5,428 nucleotides of DNA from IMG/VR virus record IMGVR_UViG_2703718848_000001. One strand, given 5' to 3'. Shown one piece after another: positions 1 through 5,428 of the stretch. The position numbers were made by a program, and so were the translations under genes. The notes under the pieces are model-generated. The model had not been told where the DNA came from and searched no databases. It saw only the letters and a list, made by a program, of their open reading frames with translations. Source of the DNA: a virus. Taxonomy: Duplodnaviria > Heunggongvirae > Uroviricota > Caudoviricetes. Position 1 is the first letter of the stretch. Each line of letters starts with the position of its first letter.

Positions 1-28
1 CCTGCTTATTCGCACCTTCCCTAAGTAA

Positions 29-352
29 CTAGGTAAGAGGAATCGATTTTCCCTTAATTTTCTGGCGTCCACTGCATGTTATGCCGCGTTCGCCAGGCTT
101 GCTGTACCATGTGCGCTGATTCTTGCGCTCAATACGTTGCAGGTTGCTTTCAATCTGTTTGTGGTATTCAGCCAGCACTGTAAGGTCTATCGGATTTAGT
201 GCGCTTTCTACTCGTGATTTCGGTTTGCGATTCAGCGAGAGAATAGGGCGGTTAACTGGTTTTGCGCTTACCCCAACCAACAGGGGATTTGCTGCTTTCC
301 ATTGAGCCTGTTTCTCTGCGCGACGTTCGCGGCGGCGTGTTTGTGCATCCAT
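29..352 (-). CDS. N: Antitermination protein N (lambda-type), 107 aa
   Basis: Six-frame ORF 29..430 (minus) contains, from its internal Met, MDAQTRRRERRAEKQAQWKAANPLLVGVSAKPVNRPILSLNRKPKSR..., which I recognise as lambda N with its arginine-rich boxB-binding N-terminus. ATG at 352..350 on the minus strand. nutL lies upstream on the same strand. Confidence 0.93.
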   Translation of the reverse strand: MDAQTRRRERRAEKQAQWKAANPLLVGVSAKPVNRPILSLNRKPKSRVESALNPIDLTVLAEYHKQIESNLQRIERKNQRTWYSKPGERGITCSGRQKIKGKSIPLT

Positions 353-510
353 CTGGATTCTCCTGTCAGTTAGCTTTGGTGGTGTGTGGCAGTTGTAGTC
401 CTGAACGAAAACCCCCCGCGATTGGCACATTGGCAGCTAATCCGGAATCGCACTTCCGGCCAATGCTTCGTTTCGTATCACACACCCCAAAGCCTTCTGC
501 TTTGAATGCT

Positions 511-542
511 GCCCTTCTTCAGGGCTTAATTTTTAAGAGCAT
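511..542 (-). promoter_or_regulatory. nutL: nutL N-utilisation site: boxB hairpin (511..525, reads GCCCTGAAGAAGGGC on minus strand) and boxA-like element (about 534..542, reads TGCTCTTA)
   Basis: Direct read of the minus strand: a perfect 5-bp stem GCCCT/AGGGC with GAAGA loop, preceded on the transcript by a boxA-like CTCTTA motif. It sits between pL and N, as in lambda. Confidence 0.85.
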
Positions 543-573
543 CACCTTCATGGTGGTCAGTGCGTCCTGCTGA

Positions 574-609
574 TGGTTTAAAATTACAAGAAAGATTGTA
601 TGTTGTAAA
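574..609 (-). promoter_or_regulatory. pL: pL leftward early promoter (434-type), approximate: -35 TTTACA (609..604), -10 TAATTT (586..581), start near 574
   Basis: Hexamers read on the minus strand with a 17-nt spacer. They overlap operators OL1 and OL2 as expected for a repressor-controlled promoter, and the predicted start fits the distance to nutL and N. Exact hexamer assignment is an inference. Confidence 0.5.
586..599. promoter_or_regulatory. 434-type repressor operator OL1 (ACAAGAAAGATTGT)
   Basis: 14-bp site with ACAA-N6-TTGT symmetry, the known 434 repressor/Cro operator consensus. Overlaps the pL -10 and spacer. Confidence 0.8.
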
Positions 610-622
610 CAAGTAATATTGT
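609..622. promoter_or_regulatory. 434-type repressor operator OL2 (ACAAGTAATATTGT)
   Basis: 14-bp ACAA-N6-TTGT site, 9 bp from OL1. Overlaps the pL -35. Confidence 0.8.
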
Positions 623-639
623 AAAAAGAGGTGTGCAAA

Positions 640-653
640 ACAAACTCCATTGT
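640..653. promoter_or_regulatory. 434-type repressor operator OL3 (ACAAACTCCATTGT)
   Basis: 14-bp ACAA-N6-TTGT site, 17 bp from OL2. Confidence 0.7.
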
Positions 654-703
654 TTTTAAACGGAAAATAGTTTGTTTTTTGGTTATTGAGATTGAGGTGG
701 GGA

Positions 704-2056
<1,353 letters not shown>

Positions 2057-2064
2057 GACATTCC

Positions 2065-2096
2065 CGCTCTTACACATCCCCGCCCTGAAAAAGGGC
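2065..2096 (+). promoter_or_regulatory. nutR: nutR: boxA CGCTCTTAC (2065..2073) and boxB hairpin GCCCTGAAAAAGGGC (2082..2096)
   Basis: Direct read. Canonical lambda boxA and boxB with a GCCCT/AGGGC stem and GAAAA loop, immediately downstream of cro. Confidence 0.9.
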
Positions 2097-2099
2097 ATC

Positions 2100-2160
2100 C
2101 AATTAAACCACACCTATGGTGTATGCATTTATTTGCATACATTCAATCAATTGTTATCTA
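2100..2160 (+). terminator. tR1: tR1 region (Rho-dependent terminator in lambda); contains a 7-bp hairpin GTATGCA/TGCATAC at 2121..2140
   Basis: Position between nutR and cII corresponds to lambda tR1. The inverted repeat is read directly. Rho dependence cannot be seen in sequence and is taken from knowledge of lambda. Confidence 0.45.
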
Positions 2161-2200
2161 AGGAAATACTTACATATGGTTCGTGCAAACAAACGCAACG
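2155..2200 (-). promoter_or_regulatory. pRE: pRE (cII-activated establishment promoter) with cII-binding direct repeat TTGC-N6-TTGC (2198..2185 on minus strand)
   Basis: The minus strand reads TTGCGTTTGTTTGC inside the first codons of cII, the tetranucleotide repeat recognised by cII flanking the pRE -35. Orientation is leftward, antisense to cro and toward cI. Confidence 0.7.
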
Positions 2201-2469
2201 AGGCTCTACGAATCGAGAGTGCGTTGCTTAACAAAATCGCAATGCTTGGAACTGAGAAGACAGCGGAAGCTGTGGGAGTTGATAAGTCGCAGATCAGCAG
2301 GTGGAAGAGGGACTGGATTCCAAAGTTCTCAATGCTGCTTGCTGTTCTTGAATGGGGTGTCGTTGACGACGACATGGCTCGATTGGCACGACAAGTTGCT
2401 GCGATTCTCACCAATAAAAAACGCCCGGCGGCAACCGAGCGTTCTGAACAAATCCAGATGGAGTTCTGA
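2176..2469 (+). CDS. cII: cII transcriptional activator (lambda-type), 97 aa
   Basis: MVRANKRNEALRIESALLNKIAMLGTEKTAEAVGVDKSQISRWKRDWIPKFSMLLAVLEWGVVDDDMARLARQVAAILTNKKRPAATERSEQIQMEF from the internal Met of ORF 2116..2469. TAAGGAAAT Shine-Dalgarno upstream. Confidence 0.95.
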   Translation: MVRANKRNEALRIESALLNKIAMLGTEKTAEAVGVDKSQISRWKRDWIPKFSMLLAVLEWGVVDDDMARLARQVAAILTNKKRPAATERSEQIQMEF

Positions 2470-2491
2470 GGTCATTACTGGATCAATCTAC
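2415..2491 (-). ncRNA. oop: oop antisense RNA region (about 77 nt in lambda), overlapping the 3-prime end of cII; coordinates approximate
   Basis: Position is colinear with lambda oop. On the minus strand a GC-rich segment (GCCGCCGGGCG) is followed by a T6 run (complement of 2413..2418), consistent with an intrinsic terminator at the oop 3-prime end. A candidate promoter lies just upstream on the minus strand. Confidence 0.5.
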
Positions 2492-2527
2492 AGGAGTCAT
2501 TATGACAAATACAGCAAAAATACTCAA
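2492..2527 (-). promoter_or_regulatory. pO: pO promoter for oop: candidate -35 TTGAGT (2527..2522), -10 CATAAT (2504..2499)
   Basis: Hexamers read on the minus strand with 17-nt spacing, placing the start near 2491..2492. Overlaps the start of O. Confidence 0.5.
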
Positions 2528-3401
2528 CTTCTGCAGAGGTAACTTTGCCAAACAGGAGCGTAATGTGGCAGATCTCGATGATGGTTACGCCAGACTATCA
2601 AATATGCTGCTTGAGGCTTATTCAGGCGCAGATCTGACCAAGCGACAGTTTAAAGTGCTGCTTGCCATTCTGCGTAAAACCTATGGGTGGAATAAACCAA
2701 TGGACAGAATCACCGATTCTCAACTTAGCGAGATTACAAAGTTACCCGTCAAACGGTGCAATGAAGCCAAGTTAGAACTCGTCAGAATGAATATTATCAA
2801 GCAGCAATGCGGCATGTTTGGACCAAATAAAAACATCTCAGAATGGTGCATCCCTCAAAACGAGGGAAAATCCCTTAAAACGAGGGATAAAACATCCCTC
2901 AAATTGGGGGATTGCTATCCCTCAAAACAGGGGGACACAAAAGACACTATTACAAAAGAAAAAAGAAAAGATTATTCGTCAGAGAATTCTGGCGAATCCT
3001 CTGACCAGCCAGAAAACGACCTTTCTGTGGTGAAACCGGATGCTGCAATTCAGAGCGGCAGCAAGTGGGGGACAGCAGAAGACCTGACCGCCGCAGAGTG
3101 GATGTTTGACATGGTGAAGACTATCGCACCATCAGCCAGAAAACCGAATTTTGCTGGGTGGGCTAACGATATCCGCCTGATGCGTGAACGTGACGGACGT
3201 AACCACCGCGACATGTGCGTGCTGTTCCGCTGGGCATGCCAGGACAACTTCTGGTCCGGTAACGTGCTGAGCCCGGCCAAACTCCGCGATAAGTGGACCC
3301 AACTCGAAATCAACCGTAACAAGCAACAGGCAGGCGTGATAGCCAGCAAACCAAAACTCGACCTGACAAACACAGACTGGATTTACGGGGTGGATCTATG
3401 A
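2502..3401 (+). CDS. O: Replication initiator protein O (lambda-type), 299 aa
   Basis: MTNTAKILNF...DWIYGVDL recognised as lambda O. AGGAG Shine-Dalgarno at 2492..2496. Contains the origin iterons internally. Confidence 0.95.
   Translation: MTNTAKILNFCRGNFAKQERNVADLDDGYARLSNMLLEAYSGADLTKRQFKVLLAILRKTYGWNKPMDRITDSQLSEITKLPVKRCNEAKLELVRMNIIKQQCGMFGPNKNISEWCIPQNEGKSLKTRDKTSLKLGDCYPSKQGDTKDTITKEKRKDYSSENSGESSDQPENDLSVVKPDAAIQSGSKWGTAEDLTAAEWMFDMVKTIAPSARKPNFAGWANDIRLMRERDGRNHRDMCVLFRWACQDNFWSGNVLSPAKLRDKWTQLEINRNKQQAGVIASKPKLDLTNTDWIYGVDL
2851..2978. other. Origin of replication (ori-lambda type): four 17-18-bp iterons (2851..2867, 2871..2887, 2895..2911, 2918..2935) followed by an A/T-rich unwinding region (about 2940..2978)
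   Basis: Direct repeats TCCCTCAAAACGAGGGA, TCCCTTAAAACGAGGGA, TCCCTCAAATTGGGGGA, TCCCTCAAAACAGGGGGA, each an imperfect palindrome, then a purine-rich AT stretch ACAAAAGACACTATTACAAAAGAAAAAAGAAAAGATTATT, all within the O coding sequence. Confidence 0.9.
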
Positions 3402-4099
3402 AAAACATCGCCGCACAGATGGTTAACTTTGACCGTGAGCAGATGCGTCGGATCGCCAACAACATGCCGGAACAGTACGACGAAAAGCCGCAGGTACAGC
3501 AGGTAGCGCAGATCATCAACGGTGTGTTCAGCCAGTTACTGGCAACTTTCCCGGCGAGCCTGGCTAACCGTGACCAGAACGAAGTGAACGAAATCCGTCG
3601 CCAGTGGGTTCTGGCTTTTCGGGAAAACGGGATCACCACGATGGAACAGGTTAACGCAGGAATGCGCGTAGCCCGTCGGCAGAATCGACCATTTCTGCCA
3701 TCACCCGGGCAGTTTGTTGCATGGTGCCGGGAAGAAGCATCCGTTACCGCCGGATTGCCAAACGTCAGCGAGCTGGTTGATATGGTTTACGAGTATTGCC
3801 GGAAGCGAGGCCTGTATCCGGATGCGGAGTCTTATCCGTGGAAATCAAACGCGCACTACTGGCTGGTTACCAACCTGTATCAGAACATGCGGGCCAATGC
3901 GCTTACTGATGCGGAATTACGCCGTAAGGCCGCAGATGAGCTTGTCCATATGACTGCGAGAATTAACCGTGGTGAGGCGATCCCTGAACCAGTAAAACAA
4001 CTTCCTGTCATGGGCGGTAGACCTCTAAATCGTGCACAGGCTCTGGCGAAGATCGCAGAAATCAAAGCTAAGTTCGGACTGAAAGGAGCAAGTGTATGA
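3398..4099 (+). CDS. P: Replication protein P (DnaB helicase loader, lambda-type), 233 aa
   Basis: MKNIAAQMVNFDREQMRRIANNMPEQYDEKPQVQQ... recognised as lambda P. The start overlaps the O stop as ATGA (3398..3401). Confidence 0.95.
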   Translation: MKNIAAQMVNFDREQMRRIANNMPEQYDEKPQVQQVAQIINGVFSQLLATFPASLANRDQNEVNEIRRQWVLAFRENGITTMEQVNAGMRVARRQNRPFLPSPGQFVAWCREEASVTAGLPNVSELVDMVYEYCRKRGLYPDAESYPWKSNAHYWLVTNLYQNMRANALTDAELRRKAADELVHMTARINRGEAIPEPVKQLPVMGGRPLNRAQALAKIAEIKAKFGLKGASV

Positions 4100-4386
4100 C
4101 GGGCAAAGAGGCAATTATTCATTACCTGGGGACGCATAATAGCTTCTGTGCGCCGGACGTTGCCGCGCTAACAGGCGCAACAGTAACCAGCATAAATCAG
4201 GCCGCGGCTAAAATGGCACGGGCAGGTCTTCTGGTTATCGAAGGTAAGGTCTGGCGAACGGTGTATTACCGGTTTGCTACCAAGGAAGAACGGGAAGGAA
4301 AGATGAGCACGAACCTGATTTTTAAGGAGTGTCGCCAGAGTGCCGCGATGAAACGGGTATTGGCGGTATATGGAGTTAAAAGATGA
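4096..4386 (+). CDS. ren: Ren protein (lambda-type), 96 aa
   Basis: MTGKEAIIHYLGTHNSFCAPDVAALTGATVTSINQAAAKMARAGLLVIEGKVWRTVYY... recognised as lambda Ren. The start overlaps the P stop as ATGA (4096..4099). Confidence 0.92.
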   Translation: MTGKEAIIHYLGTHNSFCAPDVAALTGATVTSINQAAAKMARAGLLVIEGKVWRTVYYRFATKEEREGKMSTNLIFKECRQSAAMKRVLAVYGVKR

Positions 4387-4458
4387 CCATCTACATTACT
4401 GAGCTAATAACAGGCCTGCTGGTAATCGCAGGCCTTTTTATTTGGGGGAGAGGGAAGT
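4383..4458 (+). CDS. Short hydrophobic ORF (at least 25 codons: MTIYITELITGLLVIAGLFIWGRGK...), possible small membrane peptide; 3-prime end hidden by the N-run
   Basis: The ATG at 4383 overlaps the ren stop (ATGA) and is followed by a roughly 20-residue hydrophobic stretch. There is no independent Shine-Dalgarno, and the reading frame runs into the masked region, so the length is unknown. Confidence 0.25.
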
Positions 4459-4587
4459 NNNNNNNNNNNNNNNNNNNNNNNNNNNNNNNNNNNNNNNNNN
4501 NNNNNNNNNNNNNNNNNNNNNNNNNNNNNNNNNNNNNNNNNNNNNNNNNNNNNNNNNNNNNNNNNNNNNNNNNNNNNNNNNNNNNNN
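4459..4587. other. Run of 129 N (masked or unsequenced interval) covering the expected start and most of ninB
   Basis: Direct observation of ambiguous bases. The flanks are GGGGGAGAGGGAAGT (a Shine-Dalgarno-like sequence) on the left and the ninB C-terminal codons on the right. Confidence 0.99.
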
Positions 4588-4639
4588 AGCGCGACTGGCT
4601 CTGGAGTGGAAAGCGAGATGGGGAGACAGGGCTGCATGA
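4588..4639 (+). CDS. ninB: 3-prime end of ninB (recombination protein NinB/Orf), C-terminal 16 codons plus stop; the 5-prime part lies in the N-run
   Basis: Frame 4442..4639 ends ...ARLALEWKARWGDRAA, which I recognise as the C-terminus of lambda NinB. The stop overlaps the ninC start as ATGA (4636..4639). Confidence 0.6.
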
Positions 4640-5428
4640 TAAATGTCGTTAGTTTCTCCGGTGGCAGGACGTCAGCATATTTGCTCTGGCTAATGGAGCA
4701 AAAGCGACGGGCAGGTAAAGACGTGCATTACGTTTTCATGGATACAGGTTGTGAACATCCAATGACATATCGGTTTGTCAGGGAAGTTGTGAAGTTCTGG
4801 GATATACCGCTCACCGTATTGCAGGTTGATATCAACCCGGAGCTTGGACAGCCAAATGGTTATACGGTATGGGAACCAAAGGATATTCAGACGCGAATGC
4901 CTGTTCTGAAGCCATTTATCGATATGGTAAAGAAATATGGCACTCCATACGTCGGCGGCGCGTTCTGCACTGACAGATTAAAACTCGTTCCCTTCACCAA
5001 ATACTGTGATGACCATTTCGGGCGAGGGAATTACACCACGTGGATTGGCATCAGAGCTGATGAACCGAAGCGGCTAAAGCCAAAGCCTGGAATCAGATAT
5101 CTTGCTGAACTGTCAGACTTTGAGAAGGAAGATATCCTCGCATGGTGGAAGCAACAACCATTCGATTTGCAAATACCGGAACATCTCGGTAACTGCATAT
5201 TCTGCATTAAAAAATCAACGCAAAAAATCGGACTTGCCTGCAAAGATGAGGAGGGATTGCAGCGTGTTTTTAATGAGGTCATCACGGGATCCCATGTGCG
5301 TGACGGACATCGGGAAACGCCAAAGGAGATTATGTATCGAGGAAGAATGTCGCTGGACGGTATCGCGAAAATGTATTCAGAAAATGATTATCAAGCCCTG
5401 TATCAGGACATGGTACGAGCTAAAAGAT
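4636..5428 (+). CDS. ninC: NinC, PAPS-reductase / ATP-pyrophosphatase superfamily protein; 5-prime 264 codons, truncated at the window end
   Basis: Open frame from the ATG at 4636 to the window end with no stop, so it is absent from the supplied ORF track. Translation MINVVSFSGGRTSAYLLWLMEQKRRAGKDVHYVFMDTGCEHPMTYRFVREVV... contains the SxSGGxxS PP-loop motif typical of the PAPS reductase family and matches my recollection of lambda NinC. Confidence 0.88.
   Translation, partial: MINVVSFSGGRTSAYLLWLMEQKRRAGKDVHYVFMDTGCEHPMTYRFVREVVKFWDIPLTVLQVDINPELGQPNGYTVWEPKDIQTRMPVLKPFIDMVKKYGTPYVGGAFCTDRLKLVPFTKYCDDHFGRGNYTTWIGIRADEPKRLKPKPGIRYLAELSDFEKEDILAWWKQQPFDLQIPEHLGNCIFCIKKSTQKIGLACKDEEGLQRVFNEVITGSHVRDGHRETPKEIMYRGRMSLDGIAKMYSENDYQALYQDMVRAKR

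Noticed and set aside
29-430. Longer 133-aa version of the N ORF starting at the ATG at 430..428 (MCQSRGVFVQDYNCHTPPKLTDRRIQ-MDAQ...)
   Set aside because: The recognised N protein begins at MDAQTRRRERR (ATG at 352). The upstream extension is probably untranslated leader, though some database annotations may use the longer ORF.
123-573. Plus-strand ORFs 123..305 and 262..573 antisense to N and nutL
   Set aside because: They lie entirely antisense to a recognised gene and its leader, have no ribosome-binding sites and have low-complexity, Arg/Cys/Leu-rich translations typical of antisense frames.
2818-4137. ORFs 2818..3033 (+), 3050..3373 (-), 3132..3326 (-), 3310..3639 (-), 3714..3953 (+), 3880..4137 (-)
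   Set aside because: All overlap the O, P or ren coding sequences in other frames or on the opposite strand, with no independent support.
4404-4639. ORFs 4404..4637 (-) and the N-terminal part of 4442..4639 (+) running through the N-run
   Set aside because: Their apparent length is created by the absence of stop codons in the masked Ns. Only the last 16 codons of the plus frame (ninB C-terminus) are real sequence.
5031-5285. Minus-strand 84-aa ORF
   Set aside because: Lies antisense inside the ninC reading frame, which is well supported by the PP-loop motif.

Overview
This window is the early-control and replication region of a lambdoid phage or prophage carrying 434-type immunity inside lambda-type flanks. 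Left to right: N (minus strand) with nutL; a 434-type OL/pL with three 14-bp ACAA-N6-TTGT operators; a 134-aa signal-peptide protein in the position lambda uses for rexAB, translationally coupled to the repressor (probably the gene called hex in lambda imm434); the 434-type cI repressor; the divergent OR1-3/pRM/pR switch; 434-type cro; lambda-type nutR and tR1; cII with the pRE/cII-binding repeat inside its 5-prime end; the oop antisense RNA region; O with the iteron origin inside it; P; ren; a short hydrophobic ORF; a 129-nt N-run covering most of ninB; and the 5-prime 264 codons of ninC (PAPS-reductase-like), which runs off the window. Protein identities are from my recollection of the lambda and 434 sequences, not from a database search. 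No tRNA, rRNA, CRISPR array or transposable element is evident. The two items most worth a second look are the exported hex-like protein co-transcribed with the repressor, and the masked ninB interval, which is too short to hold a lambda-length ninB if the Ns are length-faithful.
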